Positions 1 through 11,300 of a stretch of 64,000 bases of DNA are shown here, piece by piece. How positions within the stretch are numbered: position 1 is the stretch's first letter; each line of letters starts with the position of its first letter. The DNA comes from an uncultured Candidatus Poseidoniales archaeon. GTDB taxonomy: Archaea > Thermoplasmatota > Poseidoniia > Poseidoniales > Poseidoniaceae. The position numbers and the translations under genes are program-made. Under the pieces are notes generated by a model, which had not been told where the DNA came from, did not search any database, and saw nothing but the letters and a program-made list of their open reading frames with translations. Where the stretch lies: assembly GCA_964526385.1 (NCBI GenBank), contig CAZGJD010000003.1:55225-119224 (forward strand), read 5' to 3'.

Positions 1-3000
1 TCTCCAAGCTGAGATGAAGAGATCTCCATTTCCCATGTTCCATCAGGTTTTACCGTGGTTGCATTAAGATAGATTTCGCCTTTTACCTTCTTTGCAGTAA
101 CTTGAGATCCTGGCAAACCAGTTCCTCTGAATTCAGCAGAGTCTTCGAAGACAACAATTCCCGAATCTACTCTTTGAGCACTAAATTGTACTCCCTTGAC
201 CATAAAGCTCACTGGGTACGAAACAGCAAGAGAATCATGGATATCTCTTGCCTCGATTATTACGTTGACCAAAGACCAATCAGAAATTTCTGAAGATATC
301 AAATATTTCGAGTTCATTGGATTATAGGTTAGTACTCCATCTGGAGATATTAGAATATGATCGAAGTAATCATCGTCTTCAACTGTTGCTGGGCTATCAT
401 AAACATTCCATGTGAAGTGCTGGGAAGAAGGACCTATTCCGTCTGAATCATTGAAGAAATCAAGTAAATTGATACTTGCACTCTCACACCTTTCGAAACT
501 TGAGGATTTTTCGTCACAAAATATTGTCATTGTATCTGGCCAATTATCTTCGTTAACAAATACAGGCGCAATATTGTCTGCTGCTGTCGGGTTATCGATA
601 ATTATTCGAACGCTTTCGATGTTTGAATAATCAATACCATCGTATGCCTTTACCCTTAGTTCGTATTGTTGATCATGAACTAGATCGCTAGTATCCCAGT
701 AGGTCGCCCAAGCACCATTTGACGCAAATGATGTAATAGGGTCAGGACCGTTGTTTAACTCAATACCGCTTGCTAGGTCGATTACACTAATCTCGAGACG
801 AGTTACTTGCCCATCGTTATCTCTTGCAACACCGCTAACCAATGTCTCTTCATCAGCTCTAATGACGTCCATAGGAAGTGGGTCACTAATTTGAACGATA
901 GGTATTCTGTTGTCGTTGTCGATGGTAATAGTAACTACATCTGGAGTGCATACATCGATTACCTCGCGACAGTAATTTGAATCACTTGCCCAAACAGTGA
1001 ATGTATAATCACCGCTTGGAAGGGCTGAGAAATTCCAAGAGTCGGCCCAGGTTGGTGCACCTCCACTTTCAGCGGCGTAGTTCGCCGAGTAGTTATTTGG
1101 CCCTACAACCGAAAACCAAATGTCTGCTATATCGCTACCCTGAACCCCTTGGTAACTATCAGATGCAGTGCCACTAAACAGAACTTCTTGCCCATCATGA
1201 GTTGATCCGTCAATAGGAGTTTCCAGATTAATTGTTGGAGGATTGATGTTTAATTTGAAAACTCTAGTAACTACTGTTGATTCATCTATACCATCTGTGG
1301 ACCTTACTCTGAAAGTAACATCATCCTCGAAGTGGTTTGCCATATCCCATTCAAAACTCCAGGACTTAAATGGCCAATTTGTCATTGTAACTTCTCCATT
1401 TGCACCTGAAGTGTCAGTAGCTTGATACCAATCTTGGCTACCATGTGGCTGAATTTCAACCTTCTTTACCTCTCCAAATTGACTAGAATAGGAGTCATAA
1501 TCACTGAAGTATGGTCCAGAATAGCCATCGTGTGCAGAGCCGGACAGGACTACGTTTCTTGCAAAGGATGTACCATCATGTTGAGAAACCATTACTGAAG
1601 GAGCCATGTTTGAGAGATGAACAACTTCATCCACCATACCGGTTAGATCGAAATCATGGGTCGATGTACCTTTTCCAAATTTAGATGCCTCGACAGAATA
1701 GCTTGGCATTTCCCTTCCACCAGATTGACAATCTGAGTCTTGGCCATCTTTGAGTGTGTCTCCATCATTATCGATGTAATCGCCACAGGAATTTTCTCCT
1801 GGGTCTGTCACGTCATGGTCCCAATTGGTGTCTATGTGGAAGTCTGACGGCAATGAAATCCACGGAGTATAACCATATGCGTCGGTTGTCAAATTGTAAA
1901 GCGAGCGACCTGTGGCATCTTTGATTTTGACTAGCGCTTCTCCCACTTGTGAGTTATCTGCCTTCACTTGATACCTTACTAATTCCGCTTGCTCTACTTG
2001 TACACCCCATGCTGTATTCTGGTTCTGAACATGTACCTTAGATCGGTCAAAATTCTGTACATCAGCAAACGTGAATGTGGTTGCATTAGCCTTCAATTCC
2101 ATTGAGAGTGGCATTCCTCTAGGAGGCCAATCAGCGGTTAATGGAACTGCAAGACACTCTGAAATATCTGTGTCACATTCTGCACCTTGCCATGAAAGTT
2201 GGACAGGATACAATGTGTTGTTTCCTGGGTCAGGAACTACTTCGCTTTGAATCGAAACACGCGATTCGGTTACGTTGTAAATCTGCGTTGCTCCTGAATA
2301 TGTATTGTCATTAAAGTAAGCGATTGAGCCATACTTGTTACCGTAGTTGTCATCATAATGAGAAATGTTAGCCGCAAAAGCATTTGCAGTCACTATATCG
2401 TTACCCTGTGCATTAACGATACCGCCTTTAATTCTAAATCCATCACCAATGCTATTTGTTACTATGTTGTTGATGAAAGTTGCAGATGACATATAGACAT
2501 GGAACGCAGGACAAGGGAAATCTCCGCCGTACATTGCTTGGGAACTACATGTACCTGAATTGTTAGAAATCTGGTTGTTTGCAAAATAAAGCCTTGATTT
2601 CGTTGGACTTGGAACATTCCAACCCTGATCTTTGTGATGGTATTCTCCAATCAAAACCGGTTCCTTTCCTGTATCAAGTATAGTATTATTTTCAGCAGAA
2701 ACATCTGATTCACCATATATCCAAAATCCGTTCCAACCGCCTATTGGTCCAATCGTATTGTGATTTGCGGTGACGTACGACGACCTAATTCCAAACCCTG
2801 AACCTTCAGCTGCACCAGATATTGTATTTCTGTTAGCAACTACAATCGCTTCATCGTACGCTGTAATTCCCGCACCTTCTGCGGTTGTAATCGAATTATC
2901 TTCTATGTAGAAAGTGTATTTTGTTGTACCAGTTGTTAGGTGAGAGTTTGTGTCGATTGCGTTACATTTTATGTCCATTGAGGAATTTGTTAGGTATCCG

Positions 3001-3875
3001 CTTGAAGATCGCAAAAATGCTCCATATGAGTTCTGAGATACTGTAATTGTATCCATTCTAACGAATGAATCCTCAAGGTAAATTGCAGACCTTCCACCGC
3101 CTTGGGAGCCACAGTCAGTTTCGGCACCTGTAAATGCGGAATTCAATATTTGCATCACAACAAGTCCTGCACCAGCTCCGTATGCTTGGATTGCAGCTCC
3201 TTGGAAACCTTCCTCATCAACGCCAACTTCGAAGGTGCCACCATCCAATGTAGGAGATGCGCCGTTAATTGCTAGAACGTTTGTTGTATTGATGTCAGTA
3301 AAACTTGGATTACTGACAGATAGCGATGCGCCATCGAAAACCAATGCGCCATACTTTACATTGCCCTGTCCTGTTATGTCTACTGGTATACCATATGCTC
3401 CATCGATTACGATGTGGTTCATTCTAGTAGCCGCTTGATCTATTGTTGAATCTATGTATATTCCTGAACCACAGGACAGATCTGGATTCCAAAGTCCCGT
3501 AACATAGCATCGAGATGTTAGGTTTCCACCTGGAGCATCGCCCCAAATGAACCTAATCGGAGAACCTGTACTTGCTTGCGTAGCACCGCAAGAGGAGTCT
3601 CCAGCGCAAATTGAACCTTGGATGTTGATGTTCTTATCGTAAGGAACGTTGATTGTAGTTCCCGCATTGATAATTAGTTTCGAGCCCCCAGAGATTAGCA
3701 AATCCCCGTCTAAATTGTGAACACCCATCCAAGTTTCTGTACCAGTTAAGGTGCCAGAACTTGTTTCATTTATCGCCGTTACAGGTGGAATCGTTGTTGC
3801 CATTGCCACAAATAGTGATAACATAAAAATGCTAACAATCCCAATGCTCTTTGTCCTCTGTGCTAAATCCGACAT
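1..3875 (-). CDS. large secreted cell-surface protein with right-handed parallel beta-helix (PbH1-like) repeats and Ig-like modules; start codon lies in the window, C-terminal end runs off the window edge
   Basis: A continuous minus-strand frame runs from ATG at about 3875 down to nt 1 with no stop, which is why it is absent from the ORF track. N-terminus MSDLAQRTKSIGIVSIFMLSLFVAMATTIPPVTA is a signal/anchor. Recurrent motifs NRNTISG, NHNTIGP, ENNTILD, ANNQISNN, INNIVTNS are typical of parallel beta-helix coils. Many N-x-S/T sequons. Confidence 0.6.
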   Translation of the reverse strand, partial: MSDLAQRTKSIGIVSIFMLSLFVAMATTIPPVTAINETSSGTLTGTETWMGVHNLDGDLLISGGSKLIINAGTTINVPYDKNINIQGSICAGDSSCGATQASTGSPIRFIWGDAPGGNLTSRCYVTGLWNPDLSCGSGIYIDSTIDQAATRMNHIVIDGAYGIPVDITGQGNVKYGALVFDGASLSVSNPSFTDINTTNVLAINGASPTLDGGTFEVGVDEEGFQGAAIQAYGAGAGLVVMQILNSAFTGAETDCGSQGGGRSAIYLEDSFVRMDTITVSQNSYGAFLRSSSGYLTNSSMDIKCNAIDTNSHLTTGTTKYTFYIEDNSITTAEGAGITAYDEAIVVANRNTISGAAEGSGFGIRSSYVTANHNTIGPIGGWNGFWIYGESDVSAENNTILDTGKEPVLIGEYHHKDQGWNVPSPTKSRLYFANNQISNNSGTCSSQAMYGGDFPCPAFHVYMSSATFINNIVTNSIGDGFRIKGGIVNAQGNDIVTANAFAANISHYDDNYGNKYGSIAYFNDNTYSGATQIYNVTESRVSIQSEVVPDPGNNTLYPVQLSWQGAECDTDISECLAVPLTADWPPRGMPLSMELKANATTFTFADVQNFDRSKVHVQNQNTAWGVQVEQAELVRYQVKADNSQVGEALVKIKDATGRSLYNLTTDAYGYTPWISLPSDFHIDTNWDHDVTDPGENSCGDYIDNDGDTLKDGQDSDCQSGGREMPSYSVEASKFGKGTSTHDFDLTGMVDEVVHLSNMAPSVMVSQHDGTSFARNVVLSGSAHDGYSGPYFSDYDSYSSQFGEVKKVEIQPHGSQDWYQATDTSGANGEVTMTNWPFKSWSFEWDMANHFEDDVTFRVRSTDGIDESTVVTRVFKLNINPPTINLETPIDGSTHDGQEVLFSGTASDSYQGVQGSDIADIWFSVVGPNNYSANYAAESGGAPTWADSWNFSALPSGDYTFTVWASDSNYCREVIDVCTPDVVTITIDNDNRIPIVQISDPLPMDVIRADEETLVSGVARDNDGQVTRLEISVIDLASGIELNNGPDPITSFASNGAWATYWDTSDLVHDQQYELRVKAYDGIDYSNIESVRIIIDNPTAADNIAPVFVNEDNWPDTMTIFCDEKSSSFERCESASINLLDFFNDSDGIGPSSQHFTWNVYDSPATVEDDDYFDHILISPDGVLTYNPMNSKYLISSEISDWSLVNVIIEARDIHDSLAVSYPVSFMVKGVQFSAQRVDSGIVVFEDSAEFRGTGLPGSQVTAKKVKGEIYLNATTVKPDGTWEMEISSSQLG

Positions 3876-4057
3876 AACATCGCCTCTAATCTCCGGATTC
3901 ACAACACCAACTTAACACATTGGTACAGATTTCAATTGGAAAGTATCAAAATTACTTTATAATATCATATATTTTTCTTCCAAAAATTAACATTGTATCA
4001 TATTCGAAATAAAATATCATTTTTAAATTCCTTTGATATTTGCACGCAGTAATACGT
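3876..4057 (-). promoter_or_regulatory. AT-rich intergenic spacer upstream of the beta-helix surface protein gene; candidate archaeal promoter
   Basis: About 180 nt of roughly 75% A+T between the subtilase stop and the start at ~3875. TATA-like elements on the minus strand (TATTATAAAG, TTTAAAAATG). No experimental support. Confidence 0.25.
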
Positions 4058-5287
4058 TTAACCAGATTGACAGGTCACATTCTCCTGTATTTCAGTTAGC
4101 CATCCCATTCCATTTATCACGCCATATCCTGATTTTGAATTGTGAGAAATTAGTCCATCATCAGTGATTGTGGAATTCATCAAGGCATATTTTACTTCAT
4201 CAATACAATCAATATTTTTATTCTTAAGATGTGGTTCTGATTCAAGAATTAATGCCAAAATTCCACCGACTAAAGCTGTCGAATCACTCGTTCCTGTCGA
4301 GGTATAATACTGATTATTATCTCCAGTAGATATTAAATCTACACCAGGTGCGATTATCTCAGGCTTCAAATTGGGATGCTCTCTTTCTTGACCATCAGAA
4401 TTAACGCTTTCACCCAAAGAGGAGCCTTCCCAAACCTTTCCATCCTTTTGTGAAGCCCCTACAGTGATTACTCCAGGGACATTAGACGGTGTAGTGACCC
4501 TTCCATCATCACCGTCACCACCATCATTACCAGCGGCTGCAACGACAAATATTCCCTTGCTTAATGCAACATTTACGGCGTTAACAGTTGGTCCATTCCT
4601 TGGAGAATTAGGATCGTTGACACCTCCTAACGATAATGAAATAATATCTGCCTCAAATGATTCCCAGCACCATTCTATTGCATTGGCCACAACTTCTTCA
4701 TTACCCGTGTTTCCACCTTCACCATCATCCCCGAGAGCAGCTGCCATTCCGAGTACGACATTTGGTGCCGCCCCCACCATGTAACCATCAGCGGCCACGA
4801 TTCCTGCCATCATTGTGCCATGTGCCAAAGAACCTCGGTCTACGGGTTCTTGGGAACCTGTTGTAAAATCTCTGAAAATTAATTCCAAATTTTCAAAATC
4901 GGAATGACTAGCATCAATCCCTGTATCAACCATACATAATCTAACTCCATCACCTGTTAGTCCAATGTCTTGTAAGTCTCTTGCCCCAGAATCTTCGTAT
5001 GCCCATTCCGACGTTGGAGGTGGGATCTCAAGCCAAAAAAACTCCGACTTTAGAAGTGCCCAAAAAAGAATTGTCAGAATAACAAAAATACCAGCATTAG
5101 CAATCCTCCGTGTATTACGTCGCCTAGCAGGTACTGTATGAACGGGTAATGGAGCCCATCCAACTACTTCAGACCTCCACCCGTCTTGATGCCCATTTGT
5201 GGAGGGGTCAACAGCAGAAACTATTCGGAAATCGGTAGGTTCCGGCATGAAATCAACGTTGTCAAGTTGATTGTCATCCCCCCACAT
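4058..5287 (-). CDS. membrane-anchored subtilisin-like serine protease (peptidase S8 family)
   Basis: Catalytic triad motifs in canonical order: MVDTGIDASHSDF (Asp), HGTMMAGIVAA (His), GTSDSTALVGGILAL (Ser). One N-terminal TM helix (GIFVILTILFWALL) after a 70-aa cytoplasmic leader. ATG start and TAA stop verified. Confidence 0.85.
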   Translation of the reverse strand: MWGDDNQLDNVDFMPEPTDFRIVSAVDPSTNGHQDGWRSEVVGWAPLPVHTVPARRRNTRRIANAGIFVILTILFWALLKSEFFWLEIPPPTSEWAYEDSGARDLQDIGLTGDGVRLCMVDTGIDASHSDFENLELIFRDFTTGSQEPVDRGSLAHGTMMAGIVAADGYMVGAAPNVVLGMAAALGDDGEGGNTGNEEVVANAIEWCWESFEADIISLSLGGVNDPNSPRNGPTVNAVNVALSKGIFVVAAAGNDGGDGDDGRVTTPSNVPGVITVGASQKDGKVWEGSSLGESVNSDGQEREHPNLKPEIIAPGVDLISTGDNNQYYTSTGTSDSTALVGGILALILESEPHLKNKNIDCIDEVKYALMNSTITDDGLISHNSKSGYGVINGMGWLTEIQENVTCQSG

Positions 5288-5369
5288 AGATGAACATACA
5301 TCGTATATCTATTGAAGATATGTCTCTAACTACATGGTAGTCAAAGCATATTTTAACAGAAATTTACAA

Positions 5370-8300
5370 TCAGAATCTACTAGAAGATCCCTTTCTGGCA
5401 ACCTTATATCCACCATACAATGCTAAGATTGTGAGCATGAATATAACTACAGTAATCCACGGGGATTCTTCGCCATCAGCTACGTTAGAGAATTTTCTCG
5501 AGAAGTCGACTGGCTCAACTGTTGAATCAAGTGGTGTATCGATGACATCCAATCGAACCCTTAGGTGTGCAGTTCCCGGAGGTAGGTCTGAGTATGAGAA
5601 TTCAGCCCACTCCACATCTTGTGCAGCGATTCTAATCGTGGTTTGCTGTGTTGGGTAATCGGTGCCTTCTTGAGATGCTTCGAGGTACACGATTACATCT
5701 CCTGTAGACAAGAATCCTGTGTTTTCAATTGGTACTCTAAAGATTCCATCCTGATTAGCAAACGCATCTGCATTTCTTGGCTCAATGCTCTCAGTCAAGA
5801 TAGTCAAATCTGCCACAGCAATTACAACCTCAGTTGAGGCGGTCTGGACTTCAAAGTCACCTTCACTTGTAGCCTCAAACGCTACATTACAATCATCCAA
5901 TGTCGAATTTGTTGGTGCAAATACTGTGAATGACTGACTCCTGTCATTGTTAGCAGCGATGGTGAGATTAGACAATTTAGGTGTGACATCCCATCCTGCA
6001 TCTACACATACTTGGGGTATTGATGAAGTAACCGAAACTGTATCATCACCGTTACCAAGGTTATCGACTCTTAAAGTAACAAGAACAGTTCCACCATCGG
6101 CAATACCGATAGATTCTGGTGCGTCTTCAAGGCTAATGTTGTAGATTTGGGGTACTCTCACAACTACTGTTTCTTCACTTAATCCACCTTCGGCTGTAAA
6201 TCTCATCTTGACTGTGTGACCATCATCATAGGTTATTGACTGGTTCTGCAATGGTAGAGTAATTCTAACATCAACCTGGTTTGTTAATACCTGATTTTCA
6301 TCTGAATTATTCTGGCCAATACCCATTGTAACATTGATGCTATCTACCCAGTTTCCGTCTTTATCCTTGAATTCAACAGACCAGAATTCTGAATCTTGGG
6401 TTAGGTCAAGTGAGCCAGATGTGCTGAAAACATCTTCAATTTCTGTACCATTGTAGATTAAGTTTAGAGTTAACTCGATGACCTCATAGCCATTAGAATC
6501 AGTTTCTGTAGCGGTTAAGTCGCCCAAGTCATCTACGGAATATGTGGCACCAGAGTTGACTGATTCGATGCTTACAGTAAGGTCTGAATCAACCTTCTTT
6601 GTAAATTGCATTTCCTTGTCTATCGCTGTGTCTTGGTCGATATCAACCACGATACCGGAAGAATAAGGCATGGTCAATTGTAGATCGTGTTGTATTGTTT
6701 CGAATTCACTTTCAAGGTCGACACAAGATTGACTTCCTTCACATGAAGGTAGAATTATGTTCAATTCTCCGTTAGTATCAAACGCTATGTCCCATTCAAC
6801 TTCATCTCCTAGAGAAATCGTAACGAATACATCTTCACCAACATCGCCTGCTGTTAGAACAGTGTTTTCTATGTCAGTCCACGAGCTTGTTAATGTCAAT
6901 CTTCCACCCTTTCGCATTTCAAGGTCAAGGGAAGCGCCTTCCTGAACTGATGCCTCGAGTAATCCAACAGCGATTCCTCCACCGTTGTCGTCTGTGTCAG
7001 TTCCTTCAACGTACACAATCCAGTTGCCCGGCATTATATCGTCAGACCAGGATAAGATGTCGTTTTCATAAACTAAGTTAGTAATCACAACAGGGTCTCT
7101 AACGATTCCAGATGCAGGGTATAGTGTGACGGTTGCGCCCTCCAATCTCATGGCTGTAGGAACGCTGTCAGTTACATTACCTGATACAGAAACTAGACCT
7201 GCAGTTAATTCAAGATCTCTGCTTTCATGCGTGTCATTAACAACATAAGCATATGTTGAGGAAGTTTCGTTCGTGTATGTTGCTGAATCAAATCCGGGTT
7301 TTTCAGCTTGCACATCGTAATCATCTCTGATTGGAACGAAGACTGACCAAACACCGTCTGCGTCTGTCTGCAATGTCCACTCCCATCCTCTTTCGGCTGT
7401 GACGTTAACGGTAGCATTTTCAACACCCTCCCCAGGTGATGGTAAGTCATCATCATTCAAATCCCAGAATATCTTTCCACCGATCAAAACGTGTTTGTTA
7501 ACTTCAACAACGCCAACATTCCAAATACCGTTTTCGAGATTGTCCGAGAGGTAAACTCCCTCTTCCAAAATCCACTGTTCGAGAGTTTCTGTTCTGTTGA
7601 GGTGTAGTGTCCAATCACCTGGCATTAGAACCTCTGAAATGTTTCCAAAGTTATCCGACGGGCCAAGACTTACATTACCTAAGCCTTCGTTGCTCACAGC
7701 GGTAATTCGGGTTGCTGTTACATTAACACCTGTAAACATCTCTTGTAATTGCATAGTAACCGGCATTGCAGTTTGTGTTTGCCAAACGATATCTCTCTCA
7801 GCTCCATTGAGGTCTAATACTCCTCTGAAGATTTCGGTTTCACCGCTATCGTCAGCGGTGAAATCCGCCACCTCAACATACCAGAATCCACCAGGCACAT
7901 ATTTTGCAAATGAACCATTTTCATCAGTATTGAGAGGATGGAAATCGTCACCGGCTTCATTCCTTAACCATACAGTTGAGTTCGAAAGTGCCATTCCACT
8001 TTCAGTAGTAACATTCCCTGTAACGAGATATTCAGGAATTATTGGTACTGATAGAGGTTCACCAGATGGACCCAATCCTAAATTCAGGTTTGGTATGAAG
8101 TCTGATTGCAGATAATAGTCAGTTGCATTTTCATCTGTTGGAAGAGTTGGTGACAACTCAATTGTATATTGACCGACAGACAATTCCAAAGTGACTTCTC
8201 CAGTTACTAAATCATAATCGTCTGGTGTAACCGTAGCATTGATTCCGATGCCACTCATTGTAACAATGTCAAATGCTGGCATTATCGCGCTTCCATTTTC

Positions 8301-11300
8301 CCATGTTCCGTCAGTAGTATCCAAGAATATTCTGAAAGTTACAGATACATTGTCTGGATTTGCAATCAAATCAACTGGTTCCATTTCATATCCAGAATTA
8401 TTTTTCACTACCGGTTCGACATTCATCAATTCATTAGAAACTGTATAAGTCCAGTTGCCTTTGTTCAAATTGAACGTAAACATGCCAGAGTTATCAAGTT
8501 GTGACCTCCACTCTAATCCATCGTCGTTTGTTGCTATGATTTCTATCGATTGGGAACCTGGTATTTCATTACTCCAAACAGCACCTGAGCCATTTGTCAA
8601 AGATTCCCTGATGTACACTGTTCCTTCTACATTTCCAGTATTTAGTAGGTATATGTTACCACTTTCGAGGTCTGGTGCATTTTCTACAAGTATTCCACCG
8701 GCATATGTTGAAGATCCGGAGAATCTGTCAGCTGTGACGTGGAAAACCATGTTCTCTGGTAATCGCATCGAGTAATTACCATTGAAATCAGATATTGTAT
8801 CGATGACAATTGAACCTGAACGAGCTTCTATCTTGACATTGCTTGCAGGCTCTATTGTTGCGTTAGATGGGTCATCCAGATAGACGTTGGTTAGATTCTC
8901 TAATGTTTCTCCATTATCCAATAACGTTTCGCCTTCTGCTCTGACGCTGTACAGCGTAGCATTAATCCAAACGCTTACAGAGTATGTTAAGTCGAACTCC
9001 ATATCCTCTGATTCTAAATCGAATTCATTCCACAAAACATATTCCTCGTCATTCTCATCGGAAACTATCCAACTTCCAGTGAATAATTCAACCGTCACAA
9101 TTCCATTCTCGTCAGAAACTGCAGTTTCGATAATTGGTAGTAAATCAGTGCTTTCTGTATTAGTAAAAGTCAATGTTCTATTGGATAAATCTAGGCCAGA
9201 ATCTCCTGCAAGCAGGTTAATTGTTACATCCTGTTTCAGTGGGATGAATGCTGCGAGTGAAATATTTTCTGAATCTTGGCCGACTGTGAAGTTCATCAGC
9301 ATTTCATACCAACCATCTCCATCAACATCAACTCTCCATTGGTATTCACCAGCAGCTATAGGACCATAACTGAAGTTACCTTCTTCATCAGTGATGATTT
9401 CTGCAATTGGTACATCTTCATCGATGTCTAAATCAAGAAGTTCAATCGTTTGATTTGGCAGTGGTTCTGGTGCTCCCGTATCGGTTGATTGAGTGAGTAG
9501 AGTATCCGCAAAGATAGAACCAGGTAGTACCATTTCTAGGTTGTTTGTTGGAGTCAGTCCAACTTCAACCGGGTCAGGTAGCAATACTTCTTTTCCATTT
9601 GGCATGATAGCTATCATGTTGTAAGTACCGGGTAATATTCCAGTCTTGTAGAACGAACCCGGGGCAACCATGTCACCCGAGAAAGTTCCCTCTCCGATGA
9701 ATAAACCAGTACCGTTTGCAGTTCCTATTCCTTCAAACAGACCTGTACCTTCGAAGGTTTCTCCGTCTAGATACTTAACTACCGTAACTGGCCCTTCAGC
9801 GGTCATCCTTCCAGTTGCATTTATTTCTCCCATGAAGTAATATGTGTCCGCTTCTTCTGTTAGACAAATTACGTGAGTAGAAGTTACTGTTTCGTTTTCT
9901 ACTGTTTCGTTGAATCTTGGTAGTTCAGGGCTAGAGGATTCGTTTGAATACTCACAAGATGGAATTGTATGTTCATAATCAACTGATGTTGCAACAATTG
10001 TTCCAGCACCACTGAATGTAGCACTAGCCGTGTACGACCTTCCATCGTCGACTATTCTTGTGAAATTACCTGTGAAACCTCTAACGATAGCAGGGTTACC
10101 TTGTGTGTCGAAAGAACCATTGTTGGTAAACAATACTTCACCGCTTCCTTGGATTATTCTCGAATCGCCGTCTTCAGTGGTGAATGAACCACTTGATGTT
10201 GATAGCGTGTAGTTCGAGGTCATACTCCAAATGTTCTTCAGGATGAAATCAATTCCATCTAATGCTTGTCCTTCGAATGATTCGTTGCCTGTCCAAGTAA
10301 CTGTTCCAGATATTCCACTTGAATCAACCGCAATATCGAAGGTTTCGTCGAAAGATGCTAATCTATCAGCTTGCTGACCTGTGATGTTGTAAGTTATTTC
10401 ACCCATCCAAGTCATGTTCGATACCTTTCCAAGAAGAGCGGTTATGGCGTTAGTTTCACGGTCTTCGTTAACATCAACCGTCAAATCACCTAGGCCACTT
10501 GAGTATTCGTTTGCTTGGAAGCTATCCTTAGCAACTGCATCGTCAAACTCACCTGCATATGCAGATGCTCTGATTTTACCAGCAGGCGCTATGAAACACC
10601 AATTTCCGTTCTCATCTGTGTCGGTATTACCGATTGGAATCCAGTATGTATCACTGTCAAGATCAGTTTCATCTTCTCCAGAGAATGCGTCTCTCTCTAA
10701 CAGTATCCTAACATCAGATAGTGGCAAACCATTGTCTGACATTGTTACTTGTCCGCAAATTTCAGCACCGGCATAATACTTCATTACTTTGACAAGGGTG
10801 TTTGAAGAACCAAGGCCGTCATTAGGGTCTTCAGCATTGTACCAGTTTGCAATCACCAAGTGGTTCATCATAGCACCAGGCATTGGTAATGCGTTGGTTA
10901 ATATTGAATTTGGAGTACCTGATTGTCCCCAGTGCTGTCCAGGTTGTTCAGTTGTTGCAAATCCAAGGTTCGGAGAACCATATCCAACGTAGGTTCTGGC
11001 AAGCATTGTATCAAAGAATGCTGGCTTGTGGTCAACTCTGACATCTACCAACTGTAGCGGGTCGAAGTCTTGACCTGCTTGTTGATTCAGGATATCCTTT
11101 GTCATTTCTTCATCGAACTCCTCTCGGGTCATTTCGTCATTGAATTGACCCCTTGAAGTCATGTAAACTTCATCCATGAAGGTTGAGAAGTCCTGACCTG
11201 ATAGAATTGAAACAGGTGCGAAAATACCTGTGGGGTTTCCGCCACTGTATTCAGAGTTGTAACTTCCACCACGAGGGTAAAGTTTTGTATCAACTGCCAA

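Noticed and set aside
102-630. Small plus-strand ORFs (63 and 72 aa) at the window start
   Set aside because: They lie antisense within the long uninterrupted minus-strand frame of the beta-helix surface protein. They have no motifs and are most likely chance ORFs.
4464-4866. 106-aa and 69-aa plus-strand ORFs inside the subtilase gene
   Set aside because: They are antisense to a well-supported S8 protease CDS. Their low-complexity P/S/T-rich translations are typical of antisense frames.
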